Virus record (IMG/VR): IMGVR_UViG_3300013099_000018
Coordinates: 32,001-96,000 of that record
DNA from: a virus
Direction: 5' to 3' (one strand)
DNA length: 64,000 nt
Under the pieces are notes generated by a model that saw only the letters and a list, made by a program, of their open reading frames with translations, searched no databases and was not told the DNA's origin. The number at the start of each line of letters is the position of its first letter. Within the stretch, counting starts at the first letter, position 1. A program made the position numbers and the translations under genes. This document shows, piece by piece, positions 38,735 through 47,531 of the stretch.

Positions 38735-39232
38735 ATGAAGATTGAAATTCTGGATGAAGAAATTTTCGTATGTCCAGTTTGCAAAAAGTATTTCACGACT
38801 TTCTATGGTTTGGTAACTCACTTTCGAATGTCTGCACATAGCTATTGTCCTATTTGCAAAAAAACGTACAAAAACGTAATTGGTCATTTCTACCAAAAGA
38901 GCTTTTCAAGTATTGAACATGCAATCCTTTTTGGTTTATCTCCAACAAAACAAGGTAAAACGGGAGATAGCAAGAAGAAATACAGACAATACAAAGAGAT
39001 ATGCAAGAATTTAGCCTATGAGAAATGCAAACGCAAGAGAGTACAATTAGTGTTGGATGGTAAACGATATGATATTCTTGAAGCTATAATTCAAAACGGG
39101 AAAATAGTTTTGCATTGCTACAAACGCCATGCCTATGAACATCTTAGCCATCTCTATTTTGAGATTGAGCCATCTAATGAAATCCTTGATGAGTTAAAGA
39201 AAGCTGGAGTGGATGTATATGTCGACATCTAA
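38735..39232 (+). CDS. C2H2 zinc-finger protein
   Basis: FVCPVC...F....GL..H....H; CPIC. Confidence 0.72.
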   Translation: MKIEILDEEIFVCPVCKKYFTTFYGLVTHFRMSAHSYCPICKKTYKNVIGHFYQKSFSSIEHAILFGLSPTKQGKTGDSKKKYRQYKEICKNLAYEKCKRKRVQLVLDGKRYDILEAIIQNGKIVLHCYKRHAYEHLSHLYFEIEPSNEILDELKKAGVDVYVDI

Positions 39233-39495
39233 GGATTATAACGCAAACTTTATATATTGTTTACACTAATTCCAAGTATGCTCAAGCGGTTACCCCATAT
39301 GTACTACAAGGTGTTTAGAAAATATCACAGAATCCACCGTAATTCAGAGATAACTTGTAGAGCATTGAGAGTATTTCAACGCAATAATGTAAATGTATGC
39401 ATTGTCGAATCTAATGAAGCTCAAGGATGATAGACATGTTGGTGGCATCTCTTATACCATAAACTTTATATATCTTTTACACCTATCTTGTGTAG

Positions 39496-39855
39496 GTGAT
39501 ATATATGGGCGATGGTAAGAGGTATATATTAAGTGCATCGGTAATGCCATGTTCGGCAGATGAGTTTACTATAAGCAGTAAAAGGATTAGCCTTGAAGAG
39601 GCTAAGGAATGGGTCAAAAAGGGAGACTTTATTAGTGCTGTAGGACACGAAAGCACGGCAAAATTGCTAAGCGAACTATTAGGCGTTGAGATAAAGCCAA
39701 ACAGAATAGTAGTTGATATGGGTGTAGGAGACGAAGCATTAGCCACACAGTTCTTAATAAGAATACAGGAAGGCAAAGTATTAAATGAGAAAGAGTTAAA
39801 GGAGTTATACGATAATGGTAAAATCGTTTTTAGACTAATCAAAAGAATTGCTTAA
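39496..39855 (+). CDS. acrIII-1: AcrIII-1 (DUF1874, STIV B116/YddF-like) cA4 ring nuclease anti-CRISPR
   Basis: ISAVGHESTA (catalytic His), NR, GD, R..EGKVL...EL; own promoter. Confidence 0.9.
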   Translation: MIYMGDGKRYILSASVMPCSADEFTISSKRISLEEAKEWVKKGDFISAVGHESTAKLLSELLGVEIKPNRIVVDMGVGDEALATQFLIRIQEGKVLNEKELKELYDNGKIVFRLIKRIA

Positions 39856-40232
39856 TTCTTAACTTTTTTATTCTTTAATTTAGCTTTTTTAGCTAAATAC
39901 TCATCTGGAGTTACTAACACTGTAATCCATCTACCCTTAAACCTATACCTTAATCCTAACAGAACCTTAACATTGTACTCTTTCTCAAGTTTCTTAAGCA
40001 TTTCAAGCTCCTTTCTACTAATCTTAGGTAACTGATTTGGCTTTGTAGTTTTCTTGCATTGGATACATAGAGGCTTATTATCAAGCATATTCTTATTTGG
40101 AATGGCTATTAAATCGCAAAGTCTATGTGAGCCAGCACTTCTTATAACATAAAACCCTCGCTTTTCTAATTCTTTCATTATGTCTGTTTCCAAAACATAT
40201 CCTCTTCTGTAGTAATACGTAACCATTGACAA
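39852..40232 (-). CDS. hjc: Archaeal Holliday junction resolvase
   Basis: RRG..LE, GFYVIRSAGS, DLIA, IQCK. Confidence 0.88.
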   Translation of the reverse strand: MSMVTYYYRRGYVLETDIMKELEKRGFYVIRSAGSHRLCDLIAIPNKNMLDNKPLCIQCKKTTKPNQLPKISRKELEMLKKLEKEYNVKVLLGLRYRFKGRWITVLVTPDEYLAKKAKLKNKKVKN

Positions 40233-40265
40233 AGGTTAAGTAAACCTCTTAATAAAACTAAGCTC

Positions 40266-40487
40266 ATGAAAGTAGAAATTTACGATGACAAATTTAGCAT
40301 TGGACATACTCTATTAGGCATATTAGCTTATTTCCACATTTCCTTTTTCATAATCTTTCTATTCTATGAACTCATAGAGTTCTGCTACAAGTATGGAAGA
40401 AAAGAAGAAACTCCAGCCCATTTTGTCGGAGATTTATGCGAATTCTTTATAGGGTATTCTTTCGTTTCGTTATTATTACACAACTAA
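40266..40487 (+). CDS. Small membrane protein
   Basis: D.FS.GH, YE..E, GD pattern with hydrophobic segments. Confidence 0.55.
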   Translation: MKVEIYDDKFSIGHTLLGILAYFHISFFIIFLFYELIEFCYKYGRKEETPAHFVGDLCEFFIGYSFVSLLLHN

Positions 40488-40731
40488 TTTTCTGAACTTG
40501 CTCCGTGCAAGTTCTTACTAAATAATACTATTGACAATAACGATATTAAGGATGTCAACAAGAATTGGTTTTAGTCTTATAGCATTCTTAACATATTGTG
40601 ATTTAGTGTTAATATTTCTGAACTGGTCTCGGAGTCAGTTAACACCCTAATTTTTAAACCTACTACGTAGTAGTATTTCGAAAACTTTATATACCATTAA
40701 TGCCACAAATATTGTATAGAGGTGGTGTAAG

Positions 40732-41169
40732 ATGGTGTTCAAGACTGTAGGTGTTAAAGAAGATGTAAAGCAAATAATAGATGAAATAGCAAGAAGAAGA
40801 GGTTGGAAAAAGTACAAAGTAGTCGAATTAGCAATAAGGCAATTTGCAAAGGAGCAAAAATATGGTCAGAAAGAAAAGAAGTACCATTGGGGATACGACA
40901 TAGATAGAAACATCTGGTATGCATTCAAATTGGTAAACTCAATAGCTTCTTTAAAAACAATTGTTGATGAATTCGATGATGAAGGTAAAATAAGGGAATA
41001 CATGAACATGACAATGAGAACAATTGACCAGATAGAGGAGAGGTTAGGAATTGACATGGGGAATGTAAAGAAAGCACTAGAGAAATTCATAGAGAATCCA
41101 ACAGGAAAAAACAAAGCAAACTTAAACGATGAAACAAAGTTTGCAATGGTTAAAATTCTATTTCCTTAA
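40732..41169 (+). CDS. Protein with N-terminal RHH DNA-binding domain
   Basis: KTVGVKEDVKQIIDEIARRRG...VVELAI. Confidence 0.62.
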   Translation: MVFKTVGVKEDVKQIIDEIARRRGWKKYKVVELAIRQFAKEQKYGQKEKKYHWGYDIDRNIWYAFKLVNSIASLKTIVDEFDDEGKIREYMNMTMRTIDQIEERLGIDMGNVKKALEKFIENPTGKNKANLNDETKFAMVKILFP

Positions 41170-41180
41170 TATTTTTAAAG

Positions 41181-41396
41181 GTGGTGAAAATGGCAATCTG
41201 GATTAAATGTAGGATTTGTGGAACAATTGAGTACATCCCTCACATTAATCTTAAAGGAGACCCAAACAGCAAGCATAATAAAAGAAAGTTATTTGATTAT
41301 GGATTCTGGGAGTGTTGCGATTTCGCAAGAAAGCAACATTACTTGGTTGGCTCAGGAAAAAGAATCAAGCTTGAATTCGATGTTTATAAAGATTGA
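41181..41396 (+). CDS. Small Zn-binding protein
   Basis: CRICG...ECC. Confidence 0.5.
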   Translation: MVKMAIWIKCRICGTIEYIPHINLKGDPNSKHNKRKLFDYGFWECCDFARKQHYLVGSGKRIKLEFDVYKD

Positions 41397-41408
41397 AGAG
41401 GTGGCATA

Positions 41409-41594
41409 GTGGTGATACCCTTAGACTTAGATTTACTATTAAGAGGCTTAACAGTAATGGCTGGAACTTACGCCATCTTTACTCTATTATCAGCAATGAT
41501 AGCATTTACAGCTTTAGTATATACTGGAATAATGGTTGGTATTGTAAAGCTGTATGAAGTCATTAAACATGTCTTCCATAAAAGAAATTCTTGA
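41409..41594 (+). CDS. Small membrane protein
   Basis: Long hydrophobic stretch; GAGGTGG RBS. Confidence 0.5.
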   Translation: MVIPLDLDLLLRGLTVMAGTYAIFTLLSAMIAFTALVYTGIMVGIVKLYEVIKHVFHKRNS

Positions 41595-41748
41595 CAGAGT
41601 AATAAATAAGGGAAAACCAGACAGAAGGTGCATGGTTTGCAAATACTGGAAACCAGTAACCGAGTGTACTGGTTTATGCACCTATTCAGATAGACCATTC
41701 TACAAACATCCAAACTATGTTTGTTCTAAGTTTGAACCCTACAAGTAA
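41554..41748 (+). CDS. Small Cys-rich protein
   Basis: CMVCKYW...G.C...C.KFEP (similar pattern to 30795-31004). Confidence 0.5.
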   Translation: MKSLNMSSIKEILDRVINKGKPDRRCMVCKYWKPVTECTGLCTYSDRPFYKHPNYVCSKFEPYK

Positions 41749-41780
41749 CTTTTTTATTTTTAATTCTTTATTGTTAACCC

Positions 41781-42101
41781 TTAGTAATATACTTTAACAT
41801 GCAACTCTAATGGGTATCTATTATCTACAACTTCAATTTCAAGTCTATAGTTCTTAAGATAGCCTTGAACATATTTCTTCGTTCTGTGTAAAATGTTTAT
41901 AGCGTATGCCTTACGGCTTTCTGCTTGTGCTAAGTCTGTTAAGAGGTTTTTTACGACTTTTTCAAGTTCTTCTTGCGAAAGGTGTGGTAATTCTTCTTTT
42001 ATTTTTCTTTTTATTTTGTCTTCAATTGTTTCTTGCTCTTTAATTTCTTCAATTTCTTCAGATACCTTAATGTAAGTAAGGTCTTCTTTACTCAATCTCA
42101 T
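41781..42101 (-). CDS. Hypothetical protein
   Basis: Leaderless ORF after TATA box. Confidence 0.6.
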   Translation of the reverse strand: MRLSKEDLTYIKVSEEIEEIKEQETIEDKIKRKIKEELPHLSQEELEKVVKNLLTDLAQAESRKAYAINILHRTKKYVQGYLKNYRLEIEVVDNRYPLELHVKVYY

Positions 42102-42252
42102 ATACCTACCTATGTCTTACTAAGATATAAATACTTACACCTTACAAAGTTATAGGTTAGTATCTGAAAAATTCTATAATTTCAACGAAAGATTTATATT
42201 TCTGAGTTTTTTAACAATATATACGAGGAGAGGTGAGGAGGTGAGTTGAGGT

Positions 42253-42621
42253 ATGCCATATAGGGACTTTACGGACAGGGTAGAGAACTATAACCTTGCA
42301 GTTATACCAGACGTAGTCAAGACCAAGTTCGAGACTAGAAAGAACAAGATGGTTCAGTTGCAACAGAGAGGACAGGCAACACTAACCGACATGGAAAAGA
42401 AGGTCAGAGACATCCTTGACGAGAACGGAATCTTCGGAAACTTCAGAATTCCTTACTTGAACTTGGCAAGAGCCTTATTCAGAGCAAAGGGACACCAGAG
42501 TGGTCTTGCTCTACAGAAGATTGCCAATGGTTGGAAGCAGAAGGCAGTTGCTGAAGGCTTAGACCCAGACATTGTTGACAAGATTATCGAAGTAGTCATT
42601 GGTGCAACAGCATACAGCTAA
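42253..42621 (+). CDS. SIRV2-fold (Adnaviria/Tokiviricetes) major capsid protein
   Basis: 122 aa; VRDILDENGIFGNFRIPYLNLARAL..GLDPDIVDKI parallels the SIRV2 MCP pattern V..VL..YGI.G..R..Y......ARAL..NP..LD; triple GAGGTGAG RBS, strong promoter and terminator. Confidence 0.8.
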   Translation: MPYRDFTDRVENYNLAVIPDVVKTKFETRKNKMVQLQQRGQATLTDMEKKVRDILDENGIFGNFRIPYLNLARALFRAKGHQSGLALQKIANGWKQKAVAEGLDPDIVDKIIEVVIGATAYS

Positions 42622-42728
42622 AGTCTAAATAATTCCACTTAATTACTCAAGATTTAATTTCTTTATTTTTTTAATTAAGCAATTTCTTTTAATCATAATA
42701 ACGCTTATTTATCTGTTTCAACATATGG

Positions 42729-43847
42729 TTGTTAATGGTGGGTAGGGTAGTATATATCTCACCTTTGCAAGCAGAATCAATGTTAAACCAAGCTAACTTA
42801 TTCAAAAAGCTATTGCAAGAATGCGGTTATGATGCAGTATTCAAATCTACTATTACAGTTGAAGATTTGAACAACGATGATATTGCTGGAGCTATATGGT
42901 TTCAATTAGCTACTATCAATTTCATAGGTGATGCTATAGTCCCATACATACTTGGCAAAAAACCTAAAGTACTATACGTTACAATCGAGGGAGTACCTAC
43001 AAGGGGAAATGTAGCACATTCAAATCTAAAAAGATGCGAATTCGTAGCTGTAAGCAACTTTGTTAAAGAATGCTTACAATCAGTAGGGTTGAAAGTTAGA
43101 AATGTAGTTCATCATGCCATCGACTGGAAACTCTGTGGTGAAATCCACAAGAAGAACATAATCCAAAGAAGGCAAATCCAACAATACGCAAAAGACAGAG
43201 TTAAGTTCATAGTAGTTGCGAGAGATGACCCTCGCAAAAACCTTAAAGGGTTAGCAGAAGCTATGAGAATTCTAAATAAGAAGGGTTACGAAAAGGACTA
43301 TGTAGTATTTTTAATCACCGAAGACTCTGCCAAACAGAAGTTTGAAGGTATAAATAATGCTGTGTTTATAAAAGGTTTTGGCGGTTCAGCACATGAATTC
43401 ATTTTAGGCTATATGGCTTGCTGTGATTTCCTCATTCATCCTGCATTCAGTGAAGGTTTTGGACTTCCAGTCCTTGAGGCAAATGCTGTGAGTAAACCAG
43501 TAATACACGTAGATGCTCCCCCAATGAATGAATTTACCTCACCAGATTTCAATTTCATGTTCAATTACATCGATAAGCAAGCAGTAAAATGTAACATGTA
43601 TCAATATTGGATATTTCATATCTTCACTCCAGACATGCTCGCCGAAATGATTGCTTACGCAATTGACATTTACAAAAACCACAAAGACGAATATCAAGAA
43701 TATTGTACAAAGGCAAGAGAGTGGACAAAGAACTGGGATTATCATGTTAAATATGCCGAACTAATGAGAGAACTTAAGTTGGCAATTCCAAGAGATTTAA
43801 TAGATTATGTAAAGCATGGTTTGGATTGGATAATCGAAATAAAGTGA
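42729..43847 (+). CDS. GT4 (GT-B) glycosyltransferase
   Basis: AVS.FV, RKNL, SEGFGLPVLEA. Confidence 0.9.
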   Translation: MLMVGRVVYISPLQAESMLNQANLFKKLLQECGYDAVFKSTITVEDLNNDDIAGAIWFQLATINFIGDAIVPYILGKKPKVLYVTIEGVPTRGNVAHSNLKRCEFVAVSNFVKECLQSVGLKVRNVVHHAIDWKLCGEIHKKNIIQRRQIQQYAKDRVKFIVVARDDPRKNLKGLAEAMRILNKKGYEKDYVVFLITEDSAKQKFEGINNAVFIKGFGGSAHEFILGYMACCDFLIHPAFSEGFGLPVLEANAVSKPVIHVDAPPMNEFTSPDFNFMFNYIDKQAVKCNMYQYWIFHIFTPDMLAEMIAYAIDIYKNHKDEYQEYCTKAREWTKNWDYHVKYAELMRELKLAIPRDLIDYVKHGLDWIIEIK

Positions 43848-43853
43848 TTTAAT

Positions 43854-45140
43854 ATGATTAGGAAAGACCCTTTTGAAAGCATAATTGACCGTAAAGAGAA
43901 ATACATTGATTTTACAACAAGCTTAGACTGGATAAGCTTAAACATGCTTAGATGGGAATTTAGACTACCGAAAATAGACTTATCTATTGGTTTCAACCTC
44001 AGTTTTAATTTCTTGCTTGATTTTTACTTAGCGGTAGATTTACATTTCCCTCTTGATGCTTTTGACTATCTCAAGTTAGATTTGGATTTAGCAATCGAGT
44101 TTAACCTTCCTAAATTTGAGATTGATTTAGCTATGCCTGATTTTTTAGTTGATTGGCAACCAATACCCAAAGCTTACTATGGTAAAACGAAATACAATCA
44201 AGGAGTTTATGACCCTCCAGAAATACTCTGGAAAGACCTTGCAAGGTTTATTTGGAACATGAGATATCAAACTACTGAGAAGAGCATTCCCGCTTATAAG
44301 AAAGTAAGCCAAGCACTAAAAAACTACTTAGAGGCTCACAAGGAAATTCTGTCAAAGAAAGGTGTAAGTAGTGGTTACATTGATGCAATGCTTGAAACAC
44401 TAATGAAAGTAGAAGGTAAAATATTGAATTGTTCTTATGTTGGATTCACAGTAGTAGGAGTTGCCAAAGTCATGAAACCAATCAAAAGAAGACGTTACAA
44501 GATGGCTTTAGGTAAAATGAGATATATAGATGACTTCAAGACAGAAAGAACAATCTACACCAAATTCCCTTATGAAACCCAAGTAAACTACGCAAGAGTG
44601 AATTATGCCAGAGTAATACCTAAAGAGAAGGAGTACAAGGAGAAGCATCTGAGACCTCTATCCAAAACACTCGCTTGGAAAGTTAAATTCTTCAAGCAAC
44701 GTTCATCAAAGACCCCAATTACAAAAGGTTTAGACGTAGAAGTAAGACCAGAGATAAGAGAAATTACGAAACACATTCCACCACCAAAGCATACACTATA
44801 CCAAAGAGTCTTCTTCTTGCAGAAGAGAGATAAGATGAAATGGGAAGGTGGCAAACATCAAGCAAGGTTACAGAATATTATTGAGCATGTTAAACCTATC
44901 CTCAACAAATATGGTGTTCATGGTAATTTCAGATTAGGGTATATAGCATTTGCAAAGGAATACGTTTATATGCATTATAAGCCTCATAAAAAACACAAAC
45001 AATGGAAAAGACTTCTAACGGATGACGATTTAATTCTAAAATACAAAAGAATGGGTTGTGATGAACAAATACTCAGAGAAATAATATCTACTGTAAATAA
45101 ATTCAAGACAGTAGTAGATATTGAAGCATCTCAAAAGTAA
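43854..45140 (+). CDS. Minor structural protein with C-terminal MCP-like domain
   Basis: VKPILNKYGVHGNFRLGYIAFAKE...GCDEQILREII aligns with MCP 42253-42621. Confidence 0.65.
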   Translation: MIRKDPFESIIDRKEKYIDFTTSLDWISLNMLRWEFRLPKIDLSIGFNLSFNFLLDFYLAVDLHFPLDAFDYLKLDLDLAIEFNLPKFEIDLAMPDFLVDWQPIPKAYYGKTKYNQGVYDPPEILWKDLARFIWNMRYQTTEKSIPAYKKVSQALKNYLEAHKEILSKKGVSSGYIDAMLETLMKVEGKILNCSYVGFTVVGVAKVMKPIKRRRYKMALGKMRYIDDFKTERTIYTKFPYETQVNYARVNYARVIPKEKEYKEKHLRPLSKTLAWKVKFFKQRSSKTPITKGLDVEVRPEIREITKHIPPPKHTLYQRVFFLQKRDKMKWEGGKHQARLQNIIEHVKPILNKYGVHGNFRLGYIAFAKEYVYMHYKPHKKHKQWKRLLTDDDLILKYKRMGCDEQILREIISTVNKFKTVVDIEASQK

Positions 45141-45178
45141 GAACAACGTTTTTATAGCATTTGCATATATTGTAAAAC

Positions 45179-45475
45179 ATGGCAGAGGCTAAAGATGTTG
45201 TGGCTAAGGAGGCATCGGATATGGGTGTAGGTGGCGACATGACAACTCCTCAAGCAAGTGTACCACCGCAAGTTTCAGAAGAATTCCTAAAACTACAATC
45301 AGACCTTATAAACATAAACGCTAAGTTAGTGTTTGCAGTGGCGACATGTGAATGTGAAAAAAGAGATGAATGTGAAATATTCCAGCATGCAAGAGAAGTA
45401 GCAAAAATCCTCAAAAAGATGCAAGATGTAGTTACTTCAACTTCTAAGAAGGTAGGTAAAAGAGGTAGAAGGTGA
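45179..45475 (+). CDS. Hypothetical protein
   Basis: Helical with CxC....C; basic tail. Confidence 0.6.
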   Translation: MAEAKDVVAKEASDMGVGGDMTTPQASVPPQVSEEFLKLQSDLININAKLVFAVATCECEKRDECEIFQHAREVAKILKKMQDVVTSTSKKVGKRGRR

Positions 45476-45658
45476 GGAATAACTATCTTATATTTTTAAC
45501 ACTATTTATTGGACATGGTATCGAAGGGTTTTAAGATAAGTGAGGGCGAATTCACTCTTGAAGTTACAAACATTGAAAACATAACAAACGATATACAATG
45601 TGTAGAATACGTAGTCAAAAGAGGGGATTCTGAGCTTACAGATGGATTTGTTTACCTA

Positions 45659-47002
45659 GTCAGCTACCCCGCCCTAAAGGGCGGAGCTTGCTCGACCTCT
45701 CCTAACGGAGAGGGAGCATCGGGACGGCTGACAAACGCCCCGTTTTGAAGAGATTTCAAAACCCTTAACATAATATTTTTAGCACCGACAATATCTGCAT
45801 GTTCTTTGAATCCACAATTCTTACATTCGAATTCTTTACCATTTCTATTTTCTTTAGCAGTGTAACCGCATACTGGACAACTTATTGATGTGCATTGCGG
45901 ATTCACATAAACTACCTTACTTCCGTAGAGCTTAGCTTTGTACTCGATTAGGGTTTGAAGCTCTCTGAAACACCACTGGCTAAACAACCTTCTTTTCTCT
46001 CCCTTGAACTTAGCGTTGTTTTCTCTGAATTCTCTAATGCCTTCTAAGTCCTCCAAACCGAAAACACAAGGTGAGTTCTCTACTACAATCTTCTTAGCAA
46101 CGACATGGAGGAAATTTCTAACCAGCCGTTTCTCGACTCCGCTAAGAGACAACAAACGCCTCTTAGCGGAGCGAGTGCCTTTAGCCTGAAGCTGTGAGCG
46201 TAACTTCTGATAATGGGATTTCAATCTCAAAACTTGTTGAGAGAATTCGATAAGCTTAGATTTGCCTAAACTATCATGCAAAGCTACAAAACTATTGGAA
46301 GGTTCGTTTATATCAACTCCGACAACCTTCTTAGGCTTGAGTTCCTTATCAGGAACATCTACAGATACAATAAGATACCAGAGCTTGTTACTCCTCTCGT
46401 AATAAAGAATGGCATCTCCGTAACCGTATTTCTCAATATATTCGTAGTGTTTGTTCCAACCATAGTAAGGTATTTTCTTCAATCTTTCACCGATAACCGA
46501 GATTGAACAAACTCTTGGATTTAGCTTTAAATCATAGCTCCTTCTTTTAACGAGCTTAACAATCAGTTTTTTCCTTCTAATTGGTTTTCCAATCTCTTTA
46601 TAGAATAGTTCGATTAACTTCTTACGATTTCTCTTCGAGATATTAAATTTCTCAGCTAACTGGTTAAAGACAGAATCGTAATGTTGAGCAACCTCTCTGA
46701 TAACTGAAATAGCAATCTGAGACTGAAAACCATACTTCTCTTTGAGTTTGTAGTATAAAGCCTTATGCAAACTAATATGGTCAAAAACACGATTGTTAAA
46801 AGCGTATTCGCTAATTTCGTTAAATGCATCTCTATACTTTTTGGCTAAATCCAAAATCTTCTGCTTTTGCTCCTTCGTAAGTTCAAGCTTAAATTTCACA
46901 GATATTGTAACCATTCATTGAGTTGTGAAAAATTTAGATATTTAAGTGTTGCGGTACTCCTCTCCGCTTTGAAAAGCGAAATTTCCGCACCGCTATTATT
47001 TT
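45659..47002 (-). mobile_element. Non-autonomous IS200/IS605-family (IS1341-like, TnpB-only) element
   Basis: Right end CAAGCTCCGCCCTTTAGGGCGGGGTAGCTGAC, left-end hairpin TTTCGCTTTTCAAAGCGGAG, TTCAT 5' of left end, no target duplication, no tnpA. Confidence 0.82.
45664..46914 (-). CDS. tnpB: TnpB RNA-guided endonuclease
   Basis: RuvC D (VGVD), E (LEDL), D (HADIVGAKNI); CPVCG/CKNCG Zn ribbon. Confidence 0.95.
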   Translation of the reverse strand: MVTISVKFKLELTKEQKQKILDLAKKYRDAFNEISEYAFNNRVFDHISLHKALYYKLKEKYGFQSQIAISVIREVAQHYDSVFNQLAEKFNISKRNRKKLIELFYKEIGKPIRRKKLIVKLVKRRSYDLKLNPRVCSISVIGERLKKIPYYGWNKHYEYIEKYGYGDAILYYERSNKLWYLIVSVDVPDKELKPKKVVGVDINEPSNSFVALHDSLGKSKLIEFSQQVLRLKSHYQKLRSQLQAKGTRSAKRRLLSLSGVEKRLVRNFLHVVAKKIVVENSPCVFGLEDLEGIREFRENNAKFKGEKRRLFSQWCFRELQTLIEYKAKLYGSKVVYVNPQCTSISCPVCGYTAKENRNGKEFECKNCGFKEHADIVGAKNIMLRVLKSLQNGAFVSRPDAPSPLGEVEQAPPFRAG

Positions 47003-47128
47003 ATGAAGAATCAAGACCATGCATCAGTTCTTAAAAAAGTGCTAACCAAAATAGTTACAGTAGTAAAAAAGGTTTCTTAACTCTTTCACCAACACAATTC
47101 TTTTATTTTTTTATGTTTAATTGAATAT

Positions 47129-47512
47129 ATGGTTAAGATTAAGGGTGGAGATGAGCTTTATTTAGATGTTTACTATGTGAAAGAATACCAACTCAAAGAA
47201 GTAGTTGGTAAAGATGGTATAGTAAACAAATACTACTCGGTAGATGCAAAGTTACTTCTTAACCCAGATAAAAAATACCTAAACAGAGAAAATGTCGAAG
47301 TAGTCTCGCACAAGGTTATAAAAGTGCAAATAATGGAAGTAAACAGAGTAGGTGGAGAAGTTATTGAACCTAGTTATCTTATAGGCTTACGCTTTGTAGA
47401 AGGTAATAAAGCTACTCCAGTATTCCATATCATGGTTAAAAACGATGAAGAATTCAAACAGAGAATAGTCCAAGAGTTAAGATATTATTTTAAAGCGACA
47501 AGTATATCATAA
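47129..47512 (+). CDS. Hypothetical protein in structural module
   Basis: 127-aa beta-rich ORF. Confidence 0.65.
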   Translation: MVKIKGGDELYLDVYYVKEYQLKEVVGKDGIVNKYYSVDAKLLLNPDKKYLNRENVEVVSHKVIKVQIMEVNRVGGEVIEPSYLIGLRFVEGNKATPVFHIMVKNDEEFKQRIVQELRYYFKATSIS

Positions 47513-47531
47513 ATACTAGAGGTGATAGTTA

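Larger units (their letters stand above)
1..40260. repeat. Giant perfect inverted duplication (fold-back), arms 1-20130 and 20131-40260
   Basis: Every ORF in 1-20130 recurs with identical translation on the opposite strand at 40261-x; centre reads CCCACATTATATTATTACAC|GTGTAATAATATAATGTGGG. Confidence 0.98.
45509..47080 (+). pseudogene. Small gene interrupted by the TnpB element (halves 45509-45658 and 47003-47080)
   Basis: Joining gives in-frame ...DGFVYL|MKNQDHASVLKKVLTKIVTVVKKVS*. Confidence 0.65.

Noticed and set aside
41409-41594. Virus-associated pyramid (egress) protein
   Set aside because: Only a hydrophobic helix and a short IVxLY resemblance; too short and weak to call.
45509-45748. 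79-aa ORF as an intact gene
   Set aside because: Its last 29 codons read into the IS right end; the real C-terminus lies at 47003-47080.
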